A stretch of DNA of 64,000 nt from a virus (IMGVR_UViG_3300030420_000007:358-64357), one strand, 5' to 3'. Numbered from the stretch's first letter, positions 35,266 to 45,800 are shown. Made by a program: numbers and translations. Notes: a model not told the origin generated them from the sequence alone.

Positions 35266-35853
35266 ATGGCAACCACCTATTTGCCGCCAGGCGTCAGCCC
35301 CGCTCCGCTCTACGATGACGCTCTGGCCGATGTCTTCCAGACCAATGTAGTGGGGGTCACCGGGGTCACTGGCTCTTTGGTCAGACCCCGTTGGCAACCT
35401 GAACCACCCAACCAGCCCGACTTCACCACCAACTGGGTGGCCATCGGGGTCACCGTGATGGAGGGTGACAAGTACGCCTACAAGAACCACGACCCAAGCT
35501 TAAACGGGGGTCTTGGAGGTGACTACCTGGAGAAGGACGAGCGGATCGAACTCGTCATGTCTTTCTACGGTCCCAATGCCTCTGGCCTTTGCAAGAGGTA
35601 TGAAGACGGCCTCCAGATTGATCGTAACCGGGATGACCTCCTTGGATACGGCATCAAACTGACTGAGGTCCTGCCCGCGCGCAACATCCCGGCCTTGTTT
35701 AAGAACAAGTGGGTGACTCGCGTGGACATGACAGTTGTTTTCCGCCGCCGCATCAAGCGGGTCTACGGCATCCCGTCAGTGGTGGGGATCCCCAACAGTC
35801 TGCTCAACAACGAGCAGTACGAGTCCCCGATAACTCTTCCCCCAGCTCCTTGA
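35266..35853 (+). CDS. Tail terminator / neck protein
   Basis: VRPRWQPEPP.QP....W.AIG, FYGPNA; precedes sheath. Confidence 0.7.
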   Translation: MATTYLPPGVSPAPLYDDALADVFQTNVVGVTGVTGSLVRPRWQPEPPNQPDFTTNWVAIGVTVMEGDKYAYKNHDPSLNGGLGGDYLEKDERIELVMSFYGPNASGLCKRYEDGLQIDRNRDDLLGYGIKLTEVLPARNIPALFKNKWVTRVDMTVVFRRRIKRVYGIPSVVGIPNSLLNNEQYESPITLPPAP

Positions 35854-35865
35854 AAGGAACACATC

Positions 35866-37350
35866 ATGCAACCGACTCTTCCCGTCAATCAGATCGTCAA
35901 CGTCGGCGTCCAGCTGACTCCTGCAGGAGCCCAGGCGCAGAGCCTGAGCAACTTGCTGGTCATGGGCACCAGCACCGTGATCGACACCGTTGAGCGTTAC
36001 CGCATCTACGGTGAGCTGTCTTCCGTCGCGGCCGACTTCGGTACGTCTGCCGAAGAGTACTTGGCAGCCCAGAAGTGGTTCTCGCAGAGCCCCCAACCCA
36101 CCAACTTGATCGTGGGTCGCTGGATGAAGCTGGCGGCTCGTGGCGGCTTGCGTGGTGCAACCCTGAGCGCCGCGCAGCAGGCCATGACGGTCTGGAACGC
36201 CATCACCACGGGGTCCTTCAAGATCACCAAGGATGGTGGGGCTCCCACTGACATCACCGGGCTCAACTTCAGCGCGGCCGCCAACCTCAACGCCGTTGCC
36301 GCAATCATCCAGAACGCAATGACCGGGATCACCTGCGTGTGGAATGCCAACTACCAGCGCTTCGAGTTCGAGAGCACGACCGCAGGCCCCACCAGCAGCA
36401 TCGGCTTCCTCGTCGCAGCAGCCACCGGGACCAACATCAGCTCGATCCTTGGTTGTGCTTCCACGTCGAGCGGCGCGTACCTCTACGTGGGTCAGGCTCT
36501 GGAAACCGCGGTTGCTGCCACGACCCTGATGGACGGCGAGATCGGCCAGCAGTGGTACGGCCTGGTCATCCCCAGTGCTGTCAACGCTGATCACCTGGCG
36601 GTGGCGGCCTACATCGAAGGCGCCACGGTCAAGCACGTCTACGGCCTGACTTCGACGGAGGCTGCAGCTCTCGTCGCAGCAGCCACCACCGACATCGGCT
36701 ACCTGCTGAGTGAATTGGGCTACAAGCGCACGATGTACCAATACAGCTCGTCGGATGCAGTGGCGGTGGTCTCGGCGATGGCCCGGATCATGACGACCAA
36801 CTACAACGGCAACAACACTGTCATCACGCTCAAGTTCAAGCAAGAGCCTGGAGTGGTCGCCGAGTACCTCAACGTCACCCAGGCGGCCGCGCTCAAGGCC
36901 AAGAACTACAATGTCTTTGTCAACTACGCCAATGACACCGCCATCATCCAGGACGGCGTGATGGCCGATGGCACGTTCGTCGACATCGTGATGGGGACTG
37001 ACTGGCTGGCGGTCACGATCCAGAACGAACTCTACAACCTGCTCTACACCAGCACGACCAAGATTCCGCAGACCGACTCCGGCATGCAGCTTCTGACGAC
37101 GGCCTGCGAAGCGGTTTGCTCGCAAGCGGTGCTCAACGGCCTGCTGGCCCCGGGTCAGTGGAACGCTGGTGGCTTCGGTCTGCTGGGGCAGGGTGACTAC
37201 CTGCAGAAGGGCTACTACATCTACAACGCTCCGGTCTCGTCCCAGTCTCAGTCGGACCGGGCGTCTCGCCTGGCCATGCCGATCCAGATTGCCGCCAAGC
37301 TGGCCGGTGCCATCCACAGCGCTGACGTGCTCGTGACGGTCAACCAATAA
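35866..37350 (+). CDS. Contractile tail sheath protein (DUF3383-like)
   Basis: FSQSPQP, TLKFKQEPGV, GTDWL...QN.L, KIPQTD.G, AGAIH. Confidence 0.9.
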   Translation: MQPTLPVNQIVNVGVQLTPAGAQAQSLSNLLVMGTSTVIDTVERYRIYGELSSVAADFGTSAEEYLAAQKWFSQSPQPTNLIVGRWMKLAARGGLRGATLSAAQQAMTVWNAITTGSFKITKDGGAPTDITGLNFSAAANLNAVAAIIQNAMTGITCVWNANYQRFEFESTTAGPTSSIGFLVAAATGTNISSILGCASTSSGAYLYVGQALETAVAATTLMDGEIGQQWYGLVIPSAVNADHLAVAAYIEGATVKHVYGLTSTEAAALVAAATTDIGYLLSELGYKRTMYQYSSSDAVAVVSAMARIMTTNYNGNNTVITLKFKQEPGVVAEYLNVTQAAALKAKNYNVFVNYANDTAIIQDGVMADGTFVDIVMGTDWLAVTIQNELYNLLYTSTTKIPQTDSGMQLLTTACEAVCSQAVLNGLLAPGQWNAGGFGLLGQGDYLQKGYYIYNAPVSSQSQSDRASRLAMPIQIAAKLAGAIHSADVLVTVNQ

Positions 37351-37376
37351 ACCCCCATCAACTCAAGGAGTAGTCC

Positions 37377-37817
37377 ATGTCTCAGACTTACAGCTTTCTC
37401 GACGTCAACGCGGGCATCGTTGGCCCTGGTGGCGCTTTCTCCCTCGGCAACGGCGCGGGGGCCGCTGAGGAGGGCATCAGCATCTCCCCCACTGGTGACA
37501 TCGGGGGCATGTTGATCGGCGCCGATGGCAGCGGGCAGCACAGCCTCTACGCTGACAAGAGCGGCCGCATTGTGGTGCGCCTGCTCAAGACCTCCCCGGT
37601 CAACCAGCTGCTCTCGGCCATGTACGCCTTCCAGACGTCAACGTCTGCGGCTTACGGGCAGAACACGATTGCCATCAACGACTCGCAGCGTGGTGACGTG
37701 ATCACCTGCCAGCAGGTGGCTTTCGCCAAGGCCCCCGACCTGAGCTACGCCAAGGAGGCGGGCACGGTCGACTGGGAGTTCAACGCAGTCAAGATCGAAC
37801 GCACCCTGGGTGCTTGA
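37377..37817 (+). CDS. Tail tube protein (DUF3277-like)
   Basis: TYSFLDV, EEGI, GADG.G.HSL, LLKTSP.N. Confidence 0.85.
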   Translation: MSQTYSFLDVNAGIVGPGGAFSLGNGAGAAEEGISISPTGDIGGMLIGADGSGQHSLYADKSGRIVVRLLKTSPVNQLLSAMYAFQTSTSAAYGQNTIAINDSQRGDVITCQQVAFAKAPDLSYAKEAGTVDWEFNAVKIERTLGA

Positions 37818-37840
37818 TCTAAGCAACCGGAGACCAAAAC

Positions 37841-38272
37841 ATGAATCAGACTACAGTGAAAGTCAAGGGCATCAACTACCGGATTGGTAAGATGCCCGCG
37901 CTTGCTCAATTCCACGTGAGCCGGCGCCTTGCCCCCATCCTGGCGGCAATGGGCATCACGATGTCCATGCTCAAGGGAGATAAGGACAAGCCCCCGACCT
38001 TCGAGGACTTTGCCCCGATCCTGGCACCGGCCACCGAGATCCTGTCACGCATGAGCGATGCCGATTCCAACTACGTTATCTTCACGTGCCTCCAGGCGGT
38101 GAGCCGGGAGCAGGGGGAGGGTCGCTTCGCTCCTGTCTCGTCTGGCACCAACTTGATGTTTGATGACATCGACATGGTGGCCATGATCCGGTTGGTGGTC
38201 GAGACCTTGAAGGAGAACCTCTGGGATTTCTTCGAGGGGCTAGGCGAAGGGACTCCCTCGCAAAGCTCCTGA
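37841..38272 (+). CDS. Tail assembly chaperone
   Basis: Y.IGKM.AL.QFHV.RRLAP; between tube and tape measure. Confidence 0.8.
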   Translation: MNQTTVKVKGINYRIGKMPALAQFHVSRRLAPILAAMGITMSMLKGDKDKPPTFEDFAPILAPATEILSRMSDADSNYVIFTCLQAVSREQGEGRFAPVSSGTNLMFDDIDMVAMIRLVVETLKENLWDFFEGLGEGTPSQSS

Positions 38273-38304
38273 CTTCTCCCACATCTGGAGTCAACTACAT
38301 CACC

Positions 38305-38490
38305 ATGGTCGAGGAGGAGGACTGGCTGTTCCGGCCGGTCCTCCGGGGCATGATCAAAGGTGAGAGTTTGGTTAACGGGGAGGTTGATCTTGCTTACATC
38401 GCTATGCTGAACGAGGCCATTGATGTGGAGCTAGAGAACCAGCACCGTTACCGCGCCCATCTCAAGAGCAAGGAAGGACGTCATGTCTGA
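38305..38490 (+). CDS. Tail assembly chaperone C-terminal ORF (possible -1 frameshift extension)
   Basis: DWL.RPV..G...DL..IA..NEA.D; this frame is open back to 38167. Confidence 0.7.
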   Translation: MVEEEDWLFRPVLRGMIKGESLVNGEVDLAYIAMLNEAIDVELENQHRYRAHLKSKEGRHV

Positions 38491-39868
38491 TCAAGCAGTA
38501 TTGCGGGAGTACCTGGTATCTCTCGGCTTCAAGGTAGACGCCCTGGCTCGGTCGAAGTTCAACCAGGGCCTCGGGCAGATGGACAAGACTGCCGGCAATC
38601 TGGGGAAGACCATCCTCGGGGTGACCGCGGCAGCAACTACCATGACCGCCGTCTTCGCCAGGGAGATGGAGAAGCTCTACTACTCAAGCCGGCGCGTCAA
38701 GTCTTCCGTTGGCAACATCCAGGCGCTGGAGTTCGCTGGTGGGCAGATTGGTCTCGGCGCCGACAAGATGCGTGGGGCGCTCGAATCGATGTCCAGGGCC
38801 CTGCGCGCCAGCCCTGGCTTGACCGCGCTTCTAAACCAGTTAGGAGTCAAGGTCGAGGGGCGTGACCGGGCTGATGTCCTGACCGACTTCGTGACCCAGC
38901 TGAAGAAGATGCCGCCATACGTGGCGGAGCAGTACGCAGCGCTGTTCGGGATCGACCCTGATACCCTGTTTGCTCTGCAGGATGGCCTCGACAAGCTGAA
39001 GGAAGCCCAGGACCTCCGCAAGCGCCTGGCGGCCGAAGCCAACATTGACCTGGATAAGGCGGCAGAGGCTGGCATGCGTTTCTCGAACTCCATGAAGGAG
39101 GTCTGGGAGCGCCTGGGTCTGATCGGAGCACGCTTGAGCACTGAGATGCTTCCGAGCATGCAAAAGTTTGCCAACTTCCTCAATAACAATCTGGATTCGC
39201 TAAACCGGTGGCTGGGCCAGCACAAGAGCATCCCTGATGCCATGCTCTCACCATTCAAAGAGGAGACGAGCCGACGCACGGGTCCTCCGAAAAGCCTGTT
39301 CGACTGGATCTTCACGCATCGCGTCGATCCTAAGCAGCCGGGTGAGGGCAAAGGATTTGCCAAGCCTGATTCTGGCAAGACTCCGGGAGCCCTGTTTGAG
39401 TCGCTGGAGAAGCAGTACGCGCTGCCGCCTGGCTTGCTGGGCAAGATGTGGAAGAAGGAGTCAGGTGAGGGCACCAACATGGTGAGCAAGAAGGGGGCTC
39501 TCGGCCACTTCCAGTTCATGCCCAATACGGCCAAAGAGTACGGCGTCTCGAATCCCTATGATCTGGAGCAATCGGCGAGCGGCGCGGCGCGTTACATGGC
39601 AGACCTCAGCAAGAAGTACAACGGGGACATCCAGATGGCCCTGGCTGCTTATAACTGGGGGCAGGGCAACCTCGACCGGCAGGGGCTGGGGAGGGCTCCC
39701 GCTGAGACGCGTGATTACGTGAGCAGTCTGAGTGGTGCTCCCATCCAGCAGACCAACAACTTCATCATCAACGGGAGTGATCCGCAGCAGACGGCAGAGC
39801 GAGTAGCTGCCCAACAGCGCCAGGTCAATGCAGACCTGACCCGCAACTTCACACCGAGGGTTCAGTAA
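38483..39868 (+). CDS. Tape-measure protein with C-terminal lytic transglycosylase (SLT) domain
   Basis: LREYLVSLGF N-terminus; KESG...GALGHFQFMP.TA...ALAAYNWG.GN. Confidence 0.9.
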   Translation: MSDQAVLREYLVSLGFKVDALARSKFNQGLGQMDKTAGNLGKTILGVTAAATTMTAVFAREMEKLYYSSRRVKSSVGNIQALEFAGGQIGLGADKMRGALESMSRALRASPGLTALLNQLGVKVEGRDRADVLTDFVTQLKKMPPYVAEQYAALFGIDPDTLFALQDGLDKLKEAQDLRKRLAAEANIDLDKAAEAGMRFSNSMKEVWERLGLIGARLSTEMLPSMQKFANFLNNNLDSLNRWLGQHKSIPDAMLSPFKEETSRRTGPPKSLFDWIFTHRVDPKQPGEGKGFAKPDSGKTPGALFESLEKQYALPPGLLGKMWKKESGEGTNMVSKKGALGHFQFMPNTAKEYGVSNPYDLEQSASGAARYMADLSKKYNGDIQMALAAYNWGQGNLDRQGLGRAPAETRDYVSSLSGAPIQQTNNFIINGSDPQQTAERVAAQQRQVNADLTRNFTPRVQ

Positions 39869-40536
39869 TGTCAAATCAATTGACGGGGCTGGCGATCCAA
39901 GGAGCGCAGCTTGGTCTCCAGTCCATCCTCTTCAAGCCACCGCGCAAGATTGCCACCTTCGCGGCTCAGGTCACGTTGGAAGAAACGCACGTCGACGAAC
40001 TGGAAATCACCAGCCACCCGGTTGAGCAAGGGGCCAGGATCAGCGATCACGCTTACTTGCGCCCGGCTGAGTTGACGATCAGGGCTGGGTGGAGCAACAG
40101 CCCACAGAGTTCAAGCTTCCTGCAGGGCCTGGCCGGAGCAGCCACCCAAACCGTTGCGGGCGTCAACGACATCATCAGCGGCACGGGATTGGATCAAACG
40201 CTTAACGTCTACCGCAAGCTGCTGGAACTCCAGACCTCGCGCCTGCCTTTCTCGGTGGTGACCGGTAAACGGACGTACGACAACATGCTTTTCAAAAGCC
40301 TGCGGGTCGAGACGAACAAGGAGACTGAGAACTCCCTGCTGGTGACGGCTGTCTTGCGTCAACTCATCATCGTCAAGACTCAAGTCATCTCAAGCTCAAC
40401 CCCGGCGGAGAATCAGGCTACGCCTGCCTTGACTCAGGCCCCCACCGAGTTGGGGCAGAAGCAACTCCAGCCAGCTCCTAACTCCAATCTGGGTGACATT
40501 GAAACGACGATTGAGCCTGGAGGTACCACACCATGA
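39868..40536 (+). CDS. Baseplate/tube initiator (Dit-like)
   Basis: E.H.D.LEITSHPVEQGA.ISDHAY..P, VTGKR.Y.NML. Confidence 0.8.
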   Translation: MSNQLTGLAIQGAQLGLQSILFKPPRKIATFAAQVTLEETHVDELEITSHPVEQGARISDHAYLRPAELTIRAGWSNSPQSSSFLQGLAGAATQTVAGVNDIISGTGLDQTLNVYRKLLELQTSRLPFSVVTGKRTYDNMLFKSLRVETNKETENSLLVTAVLRQLIIVKTQVISSSTPAENQATPALTQAPTELGQKQLQPAPNSNLGDIETTIEPGGTTP

Positions 40537-40841
40537 CGCCGTACGAAATCCCCCTGAGCCCGCAGCCCCAGGTATTTCAGATCGAGCTGGCCGGGGTTTC
40601 TTATCGGATGACGGTGTCATGGAACCCACTCACGGAGAGCTGGATTCTTGACATCAGGAGCATCAGCAACGTGGACATCATCCTGGGGATCCCCATCGTC
40701 ACGGGGGTCGACCTGCTAGCCCCGTACCCGCACCTGGGTTTCGGTGGTGCGTTGGTGGCCCAGACCGACAACAACCCAAAGGCGGTCCCGACTTACGACA
40801 ATCTGGGTGAGGCGGGCCACCTCTACTTCGTGATCCTGTGA
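40533..40841 (+). CDS. Baseplate protein
   Basis: EIPL.P.PQ.F.I.L, W.LDI, TGVDLL.PY..LG. Confidence 0.75.
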   Translation: MTPYEIPLSPQPQVFQIELAGVSYRMTVSWNPLTESWILDIRSISNVDIILGIPIVTGVDLLAPYPHLGFGGALVAQTDNNPKAVPTYDNLGEAGHLYFVIL

Positions 40842-41815
40842 TGACAACCAAACCCTTTGAAGGGATCCCCGAAGGATCCCAGTACGGGCGCCGTGCTTCA
40901 CTCTTCCTGACTGACGAGACCGGCGTCAATCTGCTTGATCTGTCTGAAATGCATTTCCGATTTCAGACTGCTCAAGAGGACGCAGAGAGTCCTAACAATT
41001 GCGCCATCCGCGTGTTCAACCTCAGCGAAGAAACGCTGCGCAAGGTCAAGAGGGAGTATTCAAGGGTCATCCTCCAGGCTGGCTACTACAACGGCCCCTT
41101 TGGTGTGATCTTTGATGGCACCATCAAGCAGTACCGGATCGGCAAAGAGCAAGACGCCGTCACCACCTACCTTGACATCCTGGCAGCGGATGGTGACCTC
41201 GCTTACAACTTTGCTTTGGTCAATAAATCCCTTGCGGCGGGCTCAAGTGCCGGGGATCGGATTGCAGAAGCGGTGGCGGCCATGTCCAAGCTCGGGGTCA
41301 ACTCGGGGACCAACCTGATACCCAACACTGGGGGTACGCTGCCCAGGGGCAAGGTCTTGTTCGGTCTAGCTAAGGGCATCCTGCGTTCGGAGGTCCAGAC
41401 CAATGGGGCGACTTGGTCGATTAACAACGGCAAGGTCAACATCATCCCACTGGAAGGATACCTCCCAGGTGAGGCTGTGGTCCTAACGGCGCAGACCGGA
41501 TTAATCGGGCGTCCTGAGCAGACTGCGGAGGGCATCCGCTGCCGGGTGCTCCTAAACCCGAAGATCATCGTTGGTGGGGCTGTCCAGATTGACAACAAGA
41601 GCATCAACCAACTGCAGCAGCGTGATCCGGGTGCGGCCCCGCTTGCTTACAACAAGTGGTCGAGTATCCAGTACCTGGCCACGGTGACTGACGATGGCCT
41701 CTACAGGGTCTACGTCGCTGAGTACGTCGGTGATACTCGGGGGGAGGATTGGTACGCCGACTTGATCTGCTTGACCATCAACCCGGTGACCAACACCTGC
41801 AAGAAGTTCGGCTAA
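40838..41815 (+). CDS. Baseplate hub protein
   Basis: I.VFNLS, LQAGY, IFDG.I, GLIG.P.QT..GI, GDTRG.DWY. Confidence 0.8.
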   Translation: MMTTKPFEGIPEGSQYGRRASLFLTDETGVNLLDLSEMHFRFQTAQEDAESPNNCAIRVFNLSEETLRKVKREYSRVILQAGYYNGPFGVIFDGTIKQYRIGKEQDAVTTYLDILAADGDLAYNFALVNKSLAAGSSAGDRIAEAVAAMSKLGVNSGTNLIPNTGGTLPRGKVLFGLAKGILRSEVQTNGATWSINNGKVNIIPLEGYLPGEAVVLTAQTGLIGRPEQTAEGIRCRVLLNPKIIVGGAVQIDNKSINQLQQRDPGAAPLAYNKWSSIQYLATVTDDGLYRVYVAEYVGDTRGEDWYADLICLTINPVTNTCKKFG

Positions 41816-41825
41816 GGAGAACACA

Positions 41826-42542
41826 ATGCTCAGACAAGAGCGAGCGGGAATGCCCATGTCGGCGTTCCTTGCAATGATGGCTGGTTTCCAGGCTGGAATC
41901 TACACGGCTCTGCCTGGCATCGTCCAGAGCTTCAACGCAGCCAAGCGCACAGTAGTCGTTCAGCCGGCGATCCAGGCCCGGGCTCAGAACCCGGATGGTT
42001 CCTACGTTTGGGTTGATCTGCCTTTGCTCTTGGATTGTCCCGTGGTCTTCCCCAGTGGTGGGGGCATGACCTTGACGTTCCCGATCTCAGCAGGGGATGA
42101 GTGCCTGGTGATCTTTGCTAGCCGTTGCATCGACGCCTGGTGGCAGTCAGGTGGTTACAAAAACATCCAGGCCGATCTGCGAATGCATGATCTCAGTGAT
42201 GGCATTGCTCTGGTGGGTATCGCATCGCAACCTGAGGTCATTGCCGGGATTAGCACGAGCAAGGCTCAACTCCGCAATGACGCTGGCACCACCTTCATCG
42301 AGGTCGACCCAGCGGGCAACGTCGGGGTTGTGGCCTCCGGCAACATCACGGCGACGGCAGGGGGCGTTGCAACGGTCACCGCCCCCTCCATCAACTTGAC
42401 GGGCAATGTTACGATCACCGGGAACTTAACGGTGTCTGGCTCTCTGCTCAATGCCGGAACCAACGTGGGCAAGACTCACGTTCACAGCGGCTCACCATCG
42501 GCCCCGAATGGCCCGGTCAGTAATACAGGAGTGCCAACATGA
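41826..42542 (+). CDS. Baseplate central spike (gp138/gpV-like)
   Basis: LLDCPV.FP.GGG..LTFPI..GDECLV.F..RCID.WW, HDLSD, terminal H.H iron-binding motif. Confidence 0.88.
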   Translation: MLRQERAGMPMSAFLAMMAGFQAGIYTALPGIVQSFNAAKRTVVVQPAIQARAQNPDGSYVWVDLPLLLDCPVVFPSGGGMTLTFPISAGDECLVIFASRCIDAWWQSGGYKNIQADLRMHDLSDGIALVGIASQPEVIAGISTSKAQLRNDAGTTFIEVDPAGNVGVVASGNITATAGGVATVTAPSINLTGNVTITGNLTVSGSLLNAGTNVGKTHVHSGSPSAPNGPVSNTGVPT

Positions 42543-42880
42543 GGTACCGCGCATTAGATGCCAACGGGGATTACCAGTTCGGGGCTTCAACGCCCTGGCT
42601 CATTAACCGCCCCCAAGCTGTTGCCCAGGCCATCCAGACCCGCCTCAGGTTGATCCGCGGGACCTGGTTCCTTGATGATCGGGTTGGTTTCGACCTTGAT
42701 CTGATCCTTGGATACGGCACCCAAGTGACGCGCGACCAGGAGGTCCAGCGCGTGATCTCTGAGACGCAAGGAGTCTTGAGCCTCACCAGCTATTCAAGCT
42801 CCGTGACTGATCGTGCTTTTCAAGTCACGGCCACGGTCGAGACCATTTACGGAACGGCCGTTATCAACCAGGAACTCTGA
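42539..42880 (+). CDS. Baseplate wedge protein
   Basis: MRYRALDANGDY.FG, TRL.L..G.WFLD, TIYG. Confidence 0.8.
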   Translation: MRYRALDANGDYQFGASTPWLINRPQAVAQAIQTRLRLIRGTWFLDDRVGFDLDLILGYGTQVTRDQEVQRVISETQGVLSLTSYSSSVTDRAFQVTATVETIYGTAVINQEL

Positions 42881-42882
42881 AC

Positions 42883-44070
42883 ATGCCCACCTTCCCCCTG
42901 ACCACCTTGGGACCGACGATCTCTCCTGCTGGCATCTCGGTCCCTCCCTACGCCGACATTTACCAATCCCTCCAGGCCAGCTTCCAGGCGATTTTCGGAA
43001 GTGACGCATACATCGATCCGGACAGCCAGGACGGGCAGATGCTGGCGATTGTGGCAAGAGCCATCTCCGACTGCAACAACTCGGCGGTGGCCCTCTACAA
43101 CGCATACTCACCCCAGACCGCCCAGGGGAACGCGCTGTCAAACCAAGTCAAGATCAACGGGATGGTCCGCAACATAGCCACGCCCTCAACCGTGCTCGTC
43201 CAGATCGTCGGTCAGGTCGGAACCACCATCACCGATGGTGTGGTTGAAGACACCAATGCGGTCAAGTGGAATCTGCCGGCATCAGTGGTCATCCCTCCGG
43301 CTGGCTTCATCCTGGTGACCGCCACTTGTCAGGAGGACGGAGCCATCGGGGCGGATGCCGGAACCGTCACCAAGATCGTGACCCCGACGCTTGGCTGGCA
43401 AACCGTGACCAACCCTGACGCAGCGAGCCCAGGAGCGCCTGTCGAGTCTGACGCTGACCTGAGGCTCCGCCAGGCCCGTTCGACCGCCCTGCCCTCGCAA
43501 ACCGTGCTTGCCGGGGTTGTTGGGGCCATCTACTCCTTGGATGGGGTGATTGAGGTCAGGGGCTACGAGAATGACACGGGGAGCCCTGACGTCAACGGCC
43601 TCCCAGCGCATTCGATGTCCATGGTTGTCCTAGGGGGCAATTCGGCTGACATCGCTGAAGCAATCTACCTCAAGAAGACCCCAGGCACTTACACGCATGG
43701 TGATGTCACGGTTCCCGTGGTGGATTCTTTCGGCATCATCAACCAGATCCGCTTCTTCATCCCCGATCCGGTGGTGGTCATGGTGTCAATCACTGTGGAT
43801 GCTTTGACTGGTTACACCACTGCTGTGGGTAACGAGATCAAGCAGTCAGTGGCTGACTACATCAACGCTCTGGGGATCGGGGTAGGGGTCATGGTTCCCA
43901 AGCTCTACCTGCCGGCACAGCTCAACGGGGGACTCAACTCGGAGACCTTTGACCTGACCTCCATTCAAATCGCGGTATCACCGGGACCGGTGGGACCGGG
44001 CAACATCACGGTGGCCTTCGACGAGATAGCCACTTGTGTGGTTGCTGACATCAACTTGATCGTGACTTGA
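42883..44070 (+). CDS. Baseplate J-like protein
   Basis: PDSQDGQ, SP.TAQG..L, ESDA.LR.RQ, YENDT. Confidence 0.9.
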   Translation: MPTFPLTTLGPTISPAGISVPPYADIYQSLQASFQAIFGSDAYIDPDSQDGQMLAIVARAISDCNNSAVALYNAYSPQTAQGNALSNQVKINGMVRNIATPSTVLVQIVGQVGTTITDGVVEDTNAVKWNLPASVVIPPAGFILVTATCQEDGAIGADAGTVTKIVTPTLGWQTVTNPDAASPGAPVESDADLRLRQARSTALPSQTVLAGVVGAIYSLDGVIEVRGYENDTGSPDVNGLPAHSMSMVVLGGNSADIAEAIYLKKTPGTYTHGDVTVPVVDSFGIINQIRFFIPDPVVVMVSITVDALTGYTTAVGNEIKQSVADYINALGIGVGVMVPKLYLPAQLNGGLNSETFDLTSIQIAVSPGPVGPGNITVAFDEIATCVVADINLIVT

Positions 44071-44072
44071 TC

Positions 44073-44741
44073 ATGGCGAACACCCAAGATTACGTAGCCC
44101 TCGTAACAGGGCAGCACCAAGACAAGCCCAAGTTCGCGGCCGTAATTGAGGCCCTGACCGCGGGCTTTGTTGACATCAACAACGCCAATCAGAGCAATAC
44201 GACCATCTTTGATTTGGACACCGCTACCGGGTCAGCTCTTGATTGGATTGGTCATTGGATCGGGATCACCAGGTATCTGGAGGGTCCGCTGGTTGGCGTT
44301 TACTTTGAGTGGGACGGCCTCACAGTTCTGACCGGATGGGATTCTGGCTCATGGAAAGCCGATCTGGATCCTGCTGTGGGAGTGACGGTCCTACCTGATG
44401 ATGCCTACCGCTCATTGTTGACCGCGGTAGCGGTGGCTAATTCGTGGGACGGAACGATACCCGATGCCGCAACCACCTGGGACGCAATCTTCACTGATCA
44501 GCTCGTGGTGATCCAAGATAACCAGGACATGACGATCGTTATTGGTTTTGTTGGTCCCCCCTTGACAGCGGTCCAGCAGGCTCTCTTAGTCGGGGGATAT
44601 GTGCCACTGAAGCCGGTGGGAGTGCGGGTTGCCTACTACGCGGTCCCCATCAATGACGGCCCCATCTTTGGATGGGATGCCGAATCCGAATTGTTTGCGG
44701 GCTGGGATTCAGGATCCTGGCCGCAACTGTTGTCTTCCTAA
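44073..44741 (+). CDS. Baseplate wedge protein (DUF2612-like)
   Basis: FDLDTA.G..LD.IG.WIG..R, L.DD.YR, DNQDMT, KPVGV. Confidence 0.85.
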   Translation: MANTQDYVALVTGQHQDKPKFAAVIEALTAGFVDINNANQSNTTIFDLDTATGSALDWIGHWIGITRYLEGPLVGVYFEWDGLTVLTGWDSGSWKADLDPAVGVTVLPDDAYRSLLTAVAVANSWDGTIPDAATTWDAIFTDQLVVIQDNQDMTIVIGFVGPPLTAVQQALLVGGYVPLKPVGVRVAYYAVPINDGPIFGWDAESELFAGWDSGSWPQLLSS

Positions 44742-44762
44742 CTCACAACCAAGGAGCTATAC

Positions 44763-45791
44763 ATGGCTGGAACGAATGACTTTCTGGGATTTGGTGGCAC
44801 GGCCACCAATATCCTCACGCAGGTTGATTACGCCGCAGACGTGCAACGAAACACTGGCAATCAACCTGGGGTGGCAAGATCCCCACTGGTCAACAAGGCG
44901 CTGCGCCAGGCCTCCTTCATTGCCTCGGCGGTCGCATCCTTGATCGCCAAGGTGACCAACCAGAACGTGGTGGACGCCGGCACTGATTCCAGTGCCATTG
45001 CCTCGCAGCTTCTTTCTGCCACCATGATGTGTGGTTACGCGGTCCAAGCAGGCACGGCTACCGCTTACACGATGACGCTTGATCCGGCCCCTGCCGCCTA
45101 CCTGCCGGGGATGGGCATCAAGTTTTTTGTGGTGAATGCGAATACGGGGGCGGTCACCATTAACGTCAATGGTCTTGGCGTGGTGCCCCTGGTCAAGCCG
45201 AGTGGTGTTCTCACCTCGGGTGACTTGACCGTCGGGTTGCCGGTCGAGGCGATTTGGAATGGCACTTCCTTCATCATCACCTCCTTCCTGCCGGCCGCCG
45301 CTGGCTCAATGGCGGTTGGTACCATCTTCCATGTGCCAGCTAATTCGGCTCCGGCTGGATCCGTCAAAGTCAATGGCGCCCTGCTGTCACGGACCTCGTA
45401 CGCCGCTCTCTGGGCCTACGCACAGGCAAGTGGCAATATAGAAGTTTCCGACGCAACCTGGTCGTCGAACGCGACGGCGAACGGCACGAACGGCAAGTTC
45501 TCTCCCGGTGATGGCAGCACGACGTTTCGCATTCCTGATTTGCGGGGTGACTTCATCCGCGCGTTGGCGGATGGGTCATCGGTGGACTCTGGTCGGGGGA
45601 TCGGCAGCTTCCAAGCTGATGAGCTCAAGAGCCACACGCACACCTATAACCTGGCCGTGGGTGAGTCTGCGGACAGCAGCAATATCAACGGGACCAACGG
45701 CAGCAACGCGTACACAAACACGACTCTTGAGACCGGTGGGTCTGAGACTCGGCCGCGCAACACCGCTTACCTGACTTGCATTAAATTCTGA
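44763..45791 (+). CDS. Tail fibre protein with tail-collar domain
   Basis: GVARS..VNKALRQ N-terminus; VGTIF...APAG.VK.NG..LSR..YAAL, TTFRIPDLRG.FIR, ETRPRN.A. Confidence 0.88.
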   Translation: MAGTNDFLGFGGTATNILTQVDYAADVQRNTGNQPGVARSPLVNKALRQASFIASAVASLIAKVTNQNVVDAGTDSSAIASQLLSATMMCGYAVQAGTATAYTMTLDPAPAAYLPGMGIKFFVVNANTGAVTINVNGLGVVPLVKPSGVLTSGDLTVGLPVEAIWNGTSFIITSFLPAAAGSMAVGTIFHVPANSAPAGSVKVNGALLSRTSYAALWAYAQASGNIEVSDATWSSNATANGTNGKFSPGDGSTTFRIPDLRGDFIRALADGSSVDSGRGIGSFQADELKSHTHTYNLAVGESADSSNINGTNGSNAYTNTTLETGGSETRPRNTAYLTCIKF

Positions 45792-45800
45792 GGACCCAGC

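Noticed and set aside
29781-37347. Long minus-strand ORFs (29781-31478, 32155-33228, 35776-37347)
   Set aside because: Mirror frames of protease, MCP and sheath genes with stop-poor GC-rich codon usage.
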